NCBI GenBank assembly: GCA_018970425.1
Contig: JAGWWK010000003.1
Location: 10,687-74,686, forward strand
From: Patescibacteria group bacterium
Lineage (GTDB): Bacteria; Patescibacteriota; Minisyncoccia; Phycocordibacterales; Phycocordibacteraceae
Length of the DNA: 64,000 nucleotides
Direction: 5' to 3'
A model generated the notes under the pieces. That model saw only the letters and a program-made list of their open reading frames with translations. It was not told the DNA's origin and searched no databases. Positions 38,529-47,751 of this stretch are shown here, one piece after another; position 1 is the first letter of the stretch, and every line of letters starts with the position of its first letter. Both the position numbers and the translations under genes were made by a program.

Positions 38529-39016
38529 AAACGCTACTCCGTGTGATTATTCTGTGCGTGTGCCTCATTGGTGTCGGTATCCTGGCATCTGAAACAGGAC
38601 GCGCGATTACTGCGGCTGCACGCACGCGTGCCGAGATTATGGCTCTCTCCGAGCGAGATGAAGGCACGCAGCGTGCGGCACGGTTCCTCTCGGAACAGCG
38701 CGCGACTACGAATGCCATTGATGCGTATGTACTTGATGTTGATGATGTCCCTCGAGCAATCGAGCTCATAGAGACTGCCGCCAAGCGGGCGCGAATCACT
38801 GCCTCAGTAGGATCTCTCTCTGCAGTGCCAGTGGGCGAGTATCACGATCGTCTCACAGTGACGGTGAGCGTGGAAGGGTCGCGTGCCGTGCACGAGCGGT
38901 TTATAGAGACACTGAACTCGCTTCCGTCCGCGTCAACAATCGCCTCGATATCGCTACAGGGAACGGAGCGAGGCTGGTTCGGGACCTACACGATTGCGTT
39001 TGTCCAAAAAAAATAA
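38525..39016 (+). CDS. pilO: PilO-like type IV pilus assembly protein (N-terminal TM + periplasmic domain)
   Basis: TM 'LLRVIILCVCLIGVGILA'. Operon position after pilM and pilN. Confidence 0.45.
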   Translation: MKTLLRVIILCVCLIGVGILASETGRAITAAARTRAEIMALSERDEGTQRAARFLSEQRATTNAIDAYVLDVDDVPRAIELIETAAKRARITASVGSLSAVPVGEYHDRLTVTVSVEGSRAVHERFIETLNSLPSASTIASISLQGTERGWFGTYTIAFVQKK

Positions 39017-39302
39017 TATGCACTTTTTTCCACTGATGAGGATTCGAAACGTGTTCCGTCCTACGCCGTATCCATTGCGCGACTGGCTACTGATGATCGG
39101 TAGTACAGGGGTTTTGGTAAGTACGGGTTTTATGTACGCGTTTTCGCTTTGGAGACAGGCAGAAGTTGCGATAGTCCATAGCGCAGTTCCAAGCGTCGAC
39201 ACGGTCCCGATCTCAGCTGAAGTACTCGCGGAGCTCCGAGCGGCTATTGAAGAGCGCACTGCTCGGTATGAGGGTATGGGAACTCAAAACGTGAGTCGAT
39301 AA
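38994..39302 (+). CDS. small membrane protein downstream of pilMNO (possible PilP-like component)
   Basis: One TM, 'WLLMIGSTGVLVSTGFMYAF'. Call based on operon position only. Confidence 0.3.
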   Translation: MRLSKKNNMHFFPLMRIRNVFRPTPYPLRDWLLMIGSTGVLVSTGFMYAFSLWRQAEVAIVHSAVPSVDTVPISAEVLAELRAAIEERTARYEGMGTQNVSR

Positions 39303-39350
39303 TCAAAAAAATGCGTCTGTGGTATAGTGCTCAAAGGCTTCTGAGCAAGG

Positions 39351-39424
39351 GGCCCCGTAGTTCAATGGATAGAACAGGAGACTTCTAAGCTCTTGATCGA
39401 GGTTCGATTCCTCGCGGGGCCACA
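39351..39424 (+). tRNA. tRNA-Arg (anticodon TCT)
   Basis: 'GGCCCCGTAGTTCAATGGATAGAACAGGAGACTTCTAAGCTCTTGATCGAGGTTCGATTCCTCGCGGGGCCA'. The anticodon loop CTTCTAA matches bacterial tRNA-Arg(UCU). Confidence 0.75.
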
Positions 39425-39427
39425 TGC

Positions 39428-39500
39428 GGGCGATTAGCTCAGTTGGTAGAGCAGCGCTTTTACACAGCGAAGGTCACAGGTTCGAGTCCTGTATCGCCCA
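39428..39500 (+). tRNA. tRNA-Val (anticodon TAC, tentative)
   Basis: 'GGGCGATTAGCTCAGTTGGTAGAGCAGCGCTTTTACACAGCGAAGGTCACAGGTTCGAGTCCTGTATCGCCCA'. Perfect 7-bp acceptor; anticodon loop TTTACAC. Confidence 0.6.
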
Positions 39501-39607
39501 CAATAACTAACGAGCCCCGACCATGCGTCGGGGCGACGTAGTTTGTATGGCACTGCAAAATGTGTAGCTAATACCTTTTCAGAGAGAAATAGTGTACAGT
39601 TGCGCTC

Positions 39608-40285
39608 ATGCACGTTCCGCGTGTACTAGGCATTATTCTCGACGGTAACCGGCGCTGGGCGCGTCAGCGCGGACTTCCGACGAGGGAAGGGCACGCTGAG
39701 GGGGCGCGGCGGGTTCGCGATGTAGTCGATTGGGCTAAAGAAACTGGCCACATAACAGACATATTTTTCTACACATTTTCAACCGAGAACTGGAAGCGCA
39801 ACTCGCTTGAAATCGAGCACCTATTGCTTCTCATGGAGCTGTTCTTTAAGACGCGCGGCGAGGAACTTGCGAGAGCCAACGTGCGTATTCGTATTGCAGG
39901 GCAGCGCGAGCGATTCTCCCCAAAGCTCCGGACGATGTTCGCAGCGCTTGAAGAGCGAACAAAAAATAATACGGGGATTACTGTCTGGTTTGGTCTCTCA
40001 TACGGCGGGAGAGCTGAAATTCTTGACGCGCATTTTAAGCTGGCGAATGAAAAAAAGATCCCTACTGAAGCAGAGCTCAAGGCGGCAATGTGGACCGCTG
40101 ATCTTCCAGATCCTGACATCATTGTGCGCACGGGCGGTGAGCAGAGACTTTCTAATTTTCTTACATGGGGGTCGGTATACGCGGAGCTCTTTTTCACAAA
40201 AACACTCTGGCCGGATATGACGCGGGAGGAGTTCACGGCCATTATTAGAGAGTTTGGCAAACGTCAGCGTAGAATGGGTGCATAG
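39608..40285 (+). CDS. uppS: undecaprenyl diphosphate synthase (cis-prenyltransferase)
   Basis: 'HVPRVLGIILDGNRRWA' catalytic motif and an 'RTGGEQRLSNFL'-like C-terminus. Confidence 0.85.
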   Translation: MHVPRVLGIILDGNRRWARQRGLPTREGHAEGARRVRDVVDWAKETGHITDIFFYTFSTENWKRNSLEIEHLLLLMELFFKTRGEELARANVRIRIAGQRERFSPKLRTMFAALEERTKNNTGITVWFGLSYGGRAEILDAHFKLANEKKIPTEAELKAAMWTADLPDPDIIVRTGGEQRLSNFLTWGSVYAELFFTKTLWPDMTREEFTAIIREFGKRQRRMGA

Positions 40286-41327
40286 TATGCAGCAGCCAGG
40301 CGATGTTCTTGCTCTTCTGGGTTCGTACGGTTCACGTGTTGATGCCGAGGCGCGCACATTTCTTGAGCGCGGTCCGTACGCGATGTATGGAATGATGCGG
40401 TACTTCATGGGCTACGCAGACGAGAACCTCGTATCCGTTGCCGAGTGTTTTGGCGGCAAGCGATTCCGCTCCGGACTCCTCTTACTTATTGCTGATCAAT
40501 ATGGAGCACTCGAGGATGCGGTACCGCTTGCGCTCTCGATAGAGTTGTTCCATAACTTCACGCTTATTCATGACGACATCGTTGATCGAGATGAAATGCG
40601 GCGCGGGCGCCCTACCGTGTGGAAACTCTGGGGCAGTGACCACGCAATAAATACCGGCGATGGGCAGCTACTCCTTGCGCTTGAAGCGCTCGAAAGGGCG
40701 CATCCAGCCCGTCGCGATCGCGCGCGGCCATTCTTTCTTGAAAAATATCGTGAGGTAATTGAGGGGCAGTACTTGGATTTTGAGCTGACCGCGTACTCGC
40801 TGAATGATCCGCGCACCACTGAAGCCGCGTATCTTGAGATGCTCACCAAGAAAACAAGCGTGCTTGTCGGTGCGGCGACTGCAGGCGCGGGTATCGCGGC
40901 GCTCATGCGGGACGAAGAGCTTGAACGGCTATGGAACTTTGGCCTCGCACTTGGTCGCGCGTATCAGATATGCGATGACACGGTTTCAATATGGGGCTCG
41001 GGCGATATGACTGGAAAGGTGCCCCATGGCGATGTGCGAGAGCGAAAAAAAACTCTGCCCGTGCTTATAGCGTATGAGCGACTCACTGGCACTTCTCGAG
41101 ATGAATTTGCCCACCTGTACGGTAGTAAAAAGTCGCTTTCCGCAGACGAAATTCAGCGTGCCATAGCACTTATGAACTCGGTTGACGCGTACGGAGCGGC
41201 TCGTGCGCGAGTAGACCGTGAAGCAGGCTACGCGCGGCAAGCCGCAGATTCGCTCGCTATCCCAGAGGTAGGTAAAGAGCTATTAGGTTCGCTAGTGACG
41301 ACACTTTTACCGCGAGTGACAGTATGA
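40254..41327 (+). CDS. trans-polyprenyl diphosphate synthase (IspA/IspB family)
   Basis: First Asp-rich motif 'LIHDDIVDRD' and second 'ICDDTVSIWG' (DDxxD). Confidence 0.8.
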   Translation: MANVSVEWVHSMQQPGDVLALLGSYGSRVDAEARTFLERGPYAMYGMMRYFMGYADENLVSVAECFGGKRFRSGLLLLIADQYGALEDAVPLALSIELFHNFTLIHDDIVDRDEMRRGRPTVWKLWGSDHAINTGDGQLLLALEALERAHPARRDRARPFFLEKYREVIEGQYLDFELTAYSLNDPRTTEAAYLEMLTKKTSVLVGAATAGAGIAALMRDEELERLWNFGLALGRAYQICDDTVSIWGSGDMTGKVPHGDVRERKKTLPVLIAYERLTGTSRDEFAHLYGSKKSLSADEIQRAIALMNSVDAYGAARARVDREAGYARQAADSLAIPEVGKELLGSLVTTLLPRVTV

Positions 41328-42046
41328 ACGACCTGCCAGTACTGTACGAAGACGCTTCGGTTGTTGTAGTGAACAAACCTGCTGGCCTCATCGTACACTC
41401 AGACGGGCGTACGGTTGAACCGTCCGTAGCGGACTGGGTCGCAGGTCGCTACCCAGATACTCGAACGGTTGGTGAGCCGTGGATGTCTCCCCAGGGAACA
41501 CTAGTTCCGCGACCGGGCATTGTACACCGTCTCGATAGAACGACGTCTGGTGTTTTAGTGATCGCAAAAACTGCTGAGGCGTACGCGTCGCTTAAAAAGC
41601 AGTTTCAGGATCGGACGGTTGAGAAGGAATACGCAGCTATCGTGTACGGAACTGTGCGTGATGACCGAGGGCGCATAGAACGCGAGATTGTACGAGTGAA
41701 GAGTGTGCCACCACGGTGGGGTGTTTCATTCGGAACTGAAAACAAGAAGCGTGCCGCGGTCACTGATTGGGCAGTCTTGCGCCGATTTTCGATTGCGGGT
41801 GAGCCATACACGCTACTTTCAGTGTGTCCGCGCACCGGACGTACACATCAGATACGGGTACACCTCAAAGCGCTCGGGCACCCCATCGTGTGTGACCACT
41901 TGTATGCGGCACAGAAGTCGTGCCCATCGGGACTCTCACGCCCTGGACTTCATGCGTACCGGATTACCTTCACGACACTCTCTGGGGAGCGTCGTACTGT
42001 CGAGGCGCCGCCCCCAGCAGATCTTGGGTTTGCGTATGAGGCGTGA
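41324..42046 (+). CDS. RluA-family pseudouridine synthase
   Basis: Catalytic 'HRLDRTTSGVLVIAKT' with 'YAAIVYG'. ATGA-coupled to the upstream gene. Confidence 0.8.
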   Translation: MNDLPVLYEDASVVVVNKPAGLIVHSDGRTVEPSVADWVAGRYPDTRTVGEPWMSPQGTLVPRPGIVHRLDRTTSGVLVIAKTAEAYASLKKQFQDRTVEKEYAAIVYGTVRDDRGRIEREIVRVKSVPPRWGVSFGTENKKRAAVTDWAVLRRFSIAGEPYTLLSVCPRTGRTHQIRVHLKALGHPIVCDHLYAAQKSCPSGLSRPGLHAYRITFTTLSGERRTVEAPPPADLGFAYEA

Positions 42047-42067
42047 ATATGCTATTTTTCTGACACT

Positions 42068-42544
42068 ATGGGAGTAGTCATGGATGTCAAAAAGCTCACG
42101 CCAGTGAAAACCACTGACCGCAAGGCATTGGGGATACGTGCGGGTGATACCGTACGCGTGCACCAGAAAATTGTCGAAAAGGGTAAAACCCGTATTCAGA
42201 TCTACGAAGGGCTGGTTATCGCAACGAAGCATGGCACCGAAATCGGAGCAACATTTACTGTACGAGCAGTTATGTCTCAGATTGGAGTAGAGAAGACATT
42301 CCCGCTCTACTCACCGCTCATTGATAAGATTGAAATCATTCGACGCTCTAAAGTTCGCCGAGCAAAGCTCTACTACATTCGTGATCGCGCGTCCCGCGAG
42401 ATCCGCCGTTCGCTACGTAATATGATCAGCGTTAATCTTTCAGCAGGCGGTAAAGAAGAGGAGGTGATTGCGACCGAGGTTGAAGATACAACTAACGAAG
42501 CGCCGATTGAGGCAAACCCAGCGGCCGAGCCAAAAGCAGAGTAA
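42068..42544 (+). CDS. rplS: 50S ribosomal protein L19 with a C-terminal extension
   Basis: '[41 protein letters not shown]' is the L19 core; about 40 aa of acidic tail follows. Confidence 0.85.
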   Translation: MGVVMDVKKLTPVKTTDRKALGIRAGDTVRVHQKIVEKGKTRIQIYEGLVIATKHGTEIGATFTVRAVMSQIGVEKTFPLYSPLIDKIEIIRRSKVRRAKLYYIRDRASREIRRSLRNMISVNLSAGGKEEEVIATEVEDTTNEAPIEANPAAEPKAE

Positions 42545-42551
42545 CCAACGT

Positions 42552-42578
42552 ACCGCCCGAAAGGGCGGTTTTTTTGCG
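42552..42578. terminator. rho-independent terminator after rplS
   Basis: 'accgcccgaaagggcggtttttttg'. Confidence 0.7.
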
Positions 42579-42666
42579 CGACGCCGCCTCGGGCCAGCCC
42601 TCCGGTTTTAAAGTCCATGGGGCAGGTACTAAAAAATCCGGCGTGTGCCGGATTCTTTACTACCTG

Positions 42667-42740
42667 CGCGAGAGACGGGACTTGAACCCGCAACCTCCGC
42701 CGTGACAGGGCGGCGCTCTAACCAGTTGAGCTACCCCCGC
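42667..42740 (-). tRNA. tRNA-Asp (anticodon GTC)
   Basis: Minus-strand sequence 'GCGGGGGTAGCTCAACTGGTTAGAGCGCCGCCCTGTCACGGCGGAGGTTGCGGGTTCAAGTCCCGTCTCTCGCG'. Anticodon loop CTGTCAC. Confidence 0.8.
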
Positions 42741-42891
42741 AAGTGAGGAAGAAAGTAGCCGCGTGCGGATACTTTTTCCGAACGTCGCGGGAGGCAAGTA
42801 TTGCTTACCCCCGCAAGTGAGGAAGAAAGTAGCCGCGTGCGGATACTTTTTCCGAACGTCGCGGGAGGCAAGTATTGCTTACCCCCGCAAG
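42732..42891. repeat. 74-bp tandem direct repeat, 2.16 copies, beginning inside the first 9 nt of tRNA-Asp
   Basis: Unit 'tacccccgcaagtgaggaagaaagtagccgcgtgcggatactttttccgaacgtcgcgggaggcaagtattgct' occurs at 42732 and 42806, with a partial copy (12 nt) at 42880. Confidence 0.85.
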
Positions 42892-42946
42892 CCCGTTTAA
42901 TGTATCGCAAAATCATGCTTTTTACAACGCGCGCTATACTTGAGGT

Positions 42947-43276
42947 ATGGACGAATGTATTTTTTGCAAGATAGCTGCGGGAGACATTCCGGCTGAAAAA
43001 GTATTCGAAGACGAGCGTTTTGTCGCATTTCTGGACATACATCCCGTATCCCCGCGGCATACACTACTTATTCCGAAGCAGCATTTTCGTTGGTTTTATG
43101 AAATTCCTGACGATCTCTCCGATGGTCTTTTCCGTACGGCAAAAAAGGTCGCGCGCACCCTCAAGGAAGAGACCGGATCGGACTATATTAAGTTAGGTAT
43201 TGTGGGCACTGACATTCCGCACGTGCACGTGCACCTCATTCCGCGGCGAATTGCGGATGGCCCTGTGCGCCCCTAG
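42947..43276 (+). CDS. HIT-family nucleotide hydrolase/transferase
   Basis: 'CIFCKI' N-terminus and histidine triad 'HVHVHLIPR'. Confidence 0.85.
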   Translation: MDECIFCKIAAGDIPAEKVFEDERFVAFLDIHPVSPRHTLLIPKQHFRWFYEIPDDLSDGLFRTAKKVARTLKEETGSDYIKLGIVGTDIPHVHVHLIPRRIADGPVRP

Positions 43277-44040
43277 CGCGCGTCTGCGTCGTCGAAGCGC
43301 GAAACATCGGCCACGATTGCTTTGTGGTCGCTCACGCCGTCTACCAGATGGACAGTATGTGCACGGTAGCTTGGGGTTGTGAAAAGGTAGTCGACCATAT
43401 TTGTTTCAAGTTCGGAGGCGTATCGCGTGCCTTTGAGCCGATGTCTCGCCACATCAATACTCCCGTCGTATTCAGTTGGGATGCAGTCTGTGTACCCTTC
43501 GGCAAGCAGGGGATACAGCTCGTTTTTACCGCGCGGAATATTAAAGTCCCCAATCAAAACATGTTCTCCGAGCGTATGAAGGATTGCTTTGAGGGCGTGA
43601 AGATCCTGCCGTTGCCTGTCATTTGCCATCCCATCTGGTGTCCAAGTGAAATGTGTTGTCACTATGCGTAGATTCACGGGCTCAGTAAGGTGCACCGAAA
43701 TGATTCCGTACCGGTAGGTCGCGTAGATAGAATCGACTGATGAGTCGTCAAATCCTGGCAACGGCTCCGGGTACTCTCTCAGGTACTGGGTCGTTACTTG
43801 CGAGAAGGGTGAGCGCGCGAGTACGCCAATACCGAAAACCCCGCTCTCCGCAGAAGTGAATCGTTGTCGTTTGGTGGTGGGTAGAAAAGCTCGATGCGGA
43901 TAGTCGGGGAATAGGCTGAGGTCCGATTGAAATACTTCTTGCAAGCAGAGCGCTGCCGGCGCTTCATTAACGACGAAAGGGAGGACGGTATCGAGGTGTC
44001 GGTCTCCCTCAATGTTTACTGATACGATACGCATCTGTCT
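43273..44040 (-). CDS. endonuclease/exonuclease/phosphatase (EEP) family protein
   Basis: 'MRIVSVNIEGDRHLDTV...LCLQEV' is the EEP N-terminal motif, with a C-terminal 'SDHKAIVADV'. Start trimmed to avoid a 5' overlap with the divergent gene. Confidence 0.6.
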   Translation of the reverse strand, partial: RQMRIVSVNIEGDRHLDTVLPFVVNEAPAALCLQEVFQSDLSLFPDYPHRAFLPTTKRQRFTSAESGVFGIGVLARSPFSQVTTQYLREYPEPLPGFDDSSVDSIYATYRYGIISVHLTEPVNLRIVTTHFTWTPDGMANDRQRQDLHALKAILHTLGEHVLIGDFNIPRGKNELYPLLAEGYTDCIPTEYDGSIDVARHRLKGTRYASELETNMVDYLFTTPSYRAHTVHLVDGVSDHKAIVADVSRFDDADAR

Positions 44041-44057
44041 CATACTACCAGCATAAT

Positions 44058-45152
44058 GTGCGATACACTTCCCGTATGCGCGTCGCACGCCTCACGACCT
44101 TTGTTGAGAGGTACCAGCACCAGCTCTCTGTCGGCTCGTTTTTTGTCGGCTTTGCACTAGACACGGTGCTGTTAAAGCGCATCGATCTTTGGGCATCTAA
44201 CGCGCTCCTCATAACGTACCTTGCCATTGCGCTCGCAGTGTTACTCATCCTGCATAGTGCTGCGGCAAGACCACCGCGCTCCGTAGTGCGCGCGCGCATT
44301 CTCGAGTGGCTGCCATTTGTCGCGCAGTTTTCATTCGGAGGAATGTTTTCAGGTTTCCTCATTTTCTATTCGCAGGCGGGTACGTTGAGCGGTTCTTGGC
44401 CTTTTCTTGCTCTTATTGTTGTGCTTATTGTTTGCAATGAGTTCATGCGTTCCTACCAATCGCGATTAACGTATCAAGCAGCGCTCCTATTTTTCTGTCT
44501 CTACTCCTTCTCAATTTATGCGGTTCCCATATTTCTCGGTTCTATGAGCGATCGGATATTTGAGCTTTCAGGAGTTGTTGCTCTTGTGTGCTTTTTTGGT
44601 GTCTACCTGCTACTGCGACTCATCGATGTACGGCGCGTCCGCGCGTCCGCACCAAGCATTGCTGCGTCAGTCCTTGGTATCTACGCGGTCATTACAACGC
44701 TCTATCACACGAACTTTCTGCCGCCGATTCCGCTTTCTCTCAAAGATGTCGGCGTGTACCACGACCTTGAGCGGCGCGGTGGTGTCTATAGTGCATCTGC
44801 CGAGCCTCAGTCCGCGTGGGAGCAGATTACTGGTTTTACGCTGAGTGTAGTACCTGGTGCAGAGCTCTACGCGTACAGCTCGGTATTTGCTCCGACAACA
44901 CTAACCACGAGTATTGTGCATCGGTGGCAGCGCTATGAGGACGATACTTGGGTTACGGTCGCGTCTATTCCTTTCAGCATCATAGGAGGCCGCGATGGTG
45001 GATACCGTGGGTACAGTGCGGTTCCTATTCTTGCTCCCGGGCTCTGGCGAGTATCAGTCGAGACGGTTCGCGGCCAGCGCATCGGTAGTCAGTCATTCAC
45101 TGTTGAGTTTGTGTCCTCGCCAGTAGCTACGGTATCTCGTATACTGCGCTAA
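44058..45152 (+). CDS. hypothetical polytopic membrane protein with a C-terminal extracytoplasmic domain
   Basis: About six hydrophobic helices in the first 200 aa, then a soluble domain. Confidence 0.4.
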   Translation: MRYTSRMRVARLTTFVERYQHQLSVGSFFVGFALDTVLLKRIDLWASNALLITYLAIALAVLLILHSAAARPPRSVVRARILEWLPFVAQFSFGGMFSGFLIFYSQAGTLSGSWPFLALIVVLIVCNEFMRSYQSRLTYQAALLFFCLYSFSIYAVPIFLGSMSDRIFELSGVVALVCFFGVYLLLRLIDVRRVRASAPSIAASVLGIYAVITTLYHTNFLPPIPLSLKDVGVYHDLERRGGVYSASAEPQSAWEQITGFTLSVVPGAELYAYSSVFAPTTLTTSIVHRWQRYEDDTWVTVASIPFSIIGGRDGGYRGYSAVPILAPGLWRVSVETVRGQRIGSQSFTVEFVSSPVATVSRILR

Positions 45153-46147
45153 TGGCAAAAATCTTTAAGTTCTTCTTGTTTTCGATTTCGATCACTGTGA
45201 TCGGTCTCGTTTCTATGTACCTCTTCGGGGGGTGGGCAGCGCTTATGACAACGGTGCTCCTCATTATCCTAGAAATTACACTCTCGTTCGACAATGCAGT
45301 CGTAAATGCTCGTGTATTAAAGCGAATGAGCCCCGTGTGGCAGCAGCGCTTTCTTACGTGGGGTATTGCAATTGCAGTTTTCGGAACTCGATTCGTGCTT
45401 CCGATACTCATCGTTTCAGTGGTGACTTTTTCCTCACCGTGGCTCATTACGCAGATGGCCATCTTTGATCCTGTGCACTATGGAGAACTCCTCCACGAGG
45501 CAGGGTATGCGATTCACTCGTTTGGCGCAGCGTTCCTCGGAATGGTGGCGCTCAAGTACTTCCTTGATGCAGAAAAAGACGTGCACTGGATACGCACCCT
45601 TGAAGCACATCTCACGCAGTGGGGGAGAATAGAAGCTGTTGAAATCGTGGTCCCGCTCGTCGGTATTGCTGTACTTTCATTCTTCGTGCCGTTTGAAGCG
45701 CGCGCTACCGTACTGGTGTCAGGTATTTTCGGTGTCGTTCTTTTTATCGCAATGCAGGGTATTACAAGCGCATTCGCGGTTGAGGCTAAAGAGGTTGGCA
45801 CGCATTCCGCCGCACTCTTTATGTACCTTGAAGTCCTTGATGCCGCATTCTCGCTGGATGGAGTGATTGGTGCCTTCGCACTTACCTCATCGATCCCGAT
45901 TATTGCGGTAGGACTCGGTGTTGGCGCATTCTTCGTACGCTCACTCACTGTGTATATGGTGAAAGAGCGGACACTCGATACTCTGAAGTATCTTGAACAC
46001 GGTGCGCACTGGGCTATATTTGGCCTTTCAGTTTCGATGTTTGCCGCACTCCTGACTGATGTTCCTGAAGTGGTGACTGGCACGATCGGTATTTCTTTTG
46101 TCGTGGCAGCATACTGGTCGTCCGTAGTTGCTCAGCGTACCCAATAG
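45152..46147 (+). CDS. TerC/DUF475-family integral membrane protein
   Basis: 'LLIILEITLSFDNAVVNARVL' contains the TerC-type 'SxDNxxV' motif. Multiple TM helices. Confidence 0.5.
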   Translation: MAKIFKFFLFSISITVIGLVSMYLFGGWAALMTTVLLIILEITLSFDNAVVNARVLKRMSPVWQQRFLTWGIAIAVFGTRFVLPILIVSVVTFSSPWLITQMAIFDPVHYGELLHEAGYAIHSFGAAFLGMVALKYFLDAEKDVHWIRTLEAHLTQWGRIEAVEIVVPLVGIAVLSFFVPFEARATVLVSGIFGVVLFIAMQGITSAFAVEAKEVGTHSAALFMYLEVLDAAFSLDGVIGAFALTSSIPIIAVGLGVGAFFVRSLTVYMVKERTLDTLKYLEHGAHWAIFGLSVSMFAALLTDVPEVVTGTIGISFVVAAYWSSVVAQRTQ

Positions 46148-46338
46148 CGGGCGTGTCATACTGTTCGTATGAAAACCAAGCGCCAAGGTCCGAATTCAGA
46201 AAGCTTTTATCACCAACCTACGCCTGTTCGTGCGCCACGAACACGCACCACAGACCGCGGAGCCGGTTCACACAATACACGCAGATCTTCAAAGCGGCGG
46301 TAGTACTGCCCCCTTTTTGTGTGGGGGCGCAAGGTTCA

Positions 46339-47751
46339 TCAGCGAGTCATACAGGATTGCGGGCGAACTCGAGGGAGGTCCTTCTCAGACCACGCAATAA
46401 TGCCACCTTCGAGCGATACTACATGCGCACCGCGTGCTTGTAGTGCTTGCGTGACGAGCGCGCTCCGGCGCCCAGACGCACAGACTACGTACATACGTTT
46501 GTCCGCATGCGTGGCCAGAAGAGTGTCTATGGCTGCCAGTGCCTCAGTGTGTGGGATGTGGAGTGCTCCAGGGAGGTGCACATCTAAGAATTCATCTGCA
46601 CTCCGTACATCAAGTAGTACGGTATCTGCACGCATTTGTTGTGTGCCGGGTTCATAAAGGTGCGCATGTGCAGTGAGCGCATCAACTGTCGGTATGATTT
46701 CTGAGTCCAGTACGCCCTCAGGGCGAGCAAGGAGCTCCTCATGTTCTATCCTTGGGAAGTCTCCTGGATCGAGGTACTCAAAATATTCATCTATGTACGG
46801 GAGAGGCCCATCAGGGCAGATGAAGACTGTTATTAACTCTCCATGTTTCTGCACAGCGGCATCTAACGAGCCGTCAGTATCCATCCGTTCGAGTTCTGCA
46901 AGAAGACCAGCAAGTGCGAATCCTGAACTGGGACCTCCAAGGATGCCGGCACGAACTAACGCAAGACTTGTCCTGAACGCATCCTTTGTTCCAATTGTGT
47001 GAACGTATTCCGTAACAGCATTCCAAGGAAATGCTATTTGTGACAGTAAGTTCTTGGTCCGTACGCCTGGTACTGGATTATTGGGTGCGCGCACTGCACC
47101 GATAATGCGAACGCCAGGCACGACCGACTTTAGATATGTCCCTATGCCTACAATAGTTCCTGTCGTACCGAGTCCGACGCAGACAATATCAATGCGCGAA
47201 CCTAGTTGCGCGTAGAGCTGTGGACCGGTGACCTGTTCGTGTGCAGCTGGATTAGCGGGATTATCATACTGACCAGGATTGCACCATCCATCTGCAGCTC
47301 CACGCACTCGAGCTTTATAAATTCCACTTGTCGCATCGCGAGGATCTGGACAGATAGGTTCCTCGTTCACCTCAATTTCAGTTCCAAATAGCCTCAAGAG
47401 CGCGAGTTTACCTTTAGACACCTCATGTGAGACGATCGCGCGGGTACGTGGAATACCGAATAATCTCCCGAGTGTGGCGAGAGAGAAGACTGTATTACCG
47501 GACGAGTTCTCTATGAGCGTATGTACTGAGTTGAGCGCACCTCGAGCTGCTGCATCAAGGAGCATCTGGCGCGCGGGTATGGATTTAATGTTTCCAAGGG
47601 GGAGCAAGAACATGCATTTTGCAAAGATGCGAACTCCGCGCTCTGCATATGGGTTGAGCGCAGGGGGTAGTTCAACGAGCGGTAGTGGCGGATGCTTCTC
47701 TGGAGATAAGTACTCGAGGAGCGCATGCGGCCCTGAAAAAACGTTATGCAT
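46339..47751 (-). CDS. PLP-dependent cysteine synthase (CysK/CysM)-like enzyme fused to a C-terminal rhodanese domain
   Basis: Lys-containing 'RIFAKCMFLLPLGNIKSIPARQ' (equivalent to 'KLE..NP.GSvKDR') and the PLP-loop 'ENSSGNT'. The C-terminal rhodanese has 'VLLDVRSADEF' and active-site 'YVVCASGRRS'. Confidence 0.7.
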   Translation of the reverse strand: MHNVFSGPHALLEYLSPEKHPPLPLVELPPALNPYAERGVRIFAKCMFLLPLGNIKSIPARQMLLDAAARGALNSVHTLIENSSGNTVFSLATLGRLFGIPRTRAIVSHEVSKGKLALLRLFGTEIEVNEEPICPDPRDATSGIYKARVRGAADGWCNPGQYDNPANPAAHEQVTGPQLYAQLGSRIDIVCVGLGTTGTIVGIGTYLKSVVPGVRIIGAVRAPNNPVPGVRTKNLLSQIAFPWNAVTEYVHTIGTKDAFRTSLALVRAGILGGPSSGFALAGLLAELERMDTDGSLDAAVQKHGELITVFICPDGPLPYIDEYFEYLDPGDFPRIEHEELLARPEGVLDSEIIPTVDALTAHAHLYEPGTQQMRADTVLLDVRSADEFLDVHLPGALHIPHTEALAAIDTLLATHADKRMYVVCASGRRSALVTQALQARGAHVVSLEGGIIAWSEKDLPRVRPQSCMTR

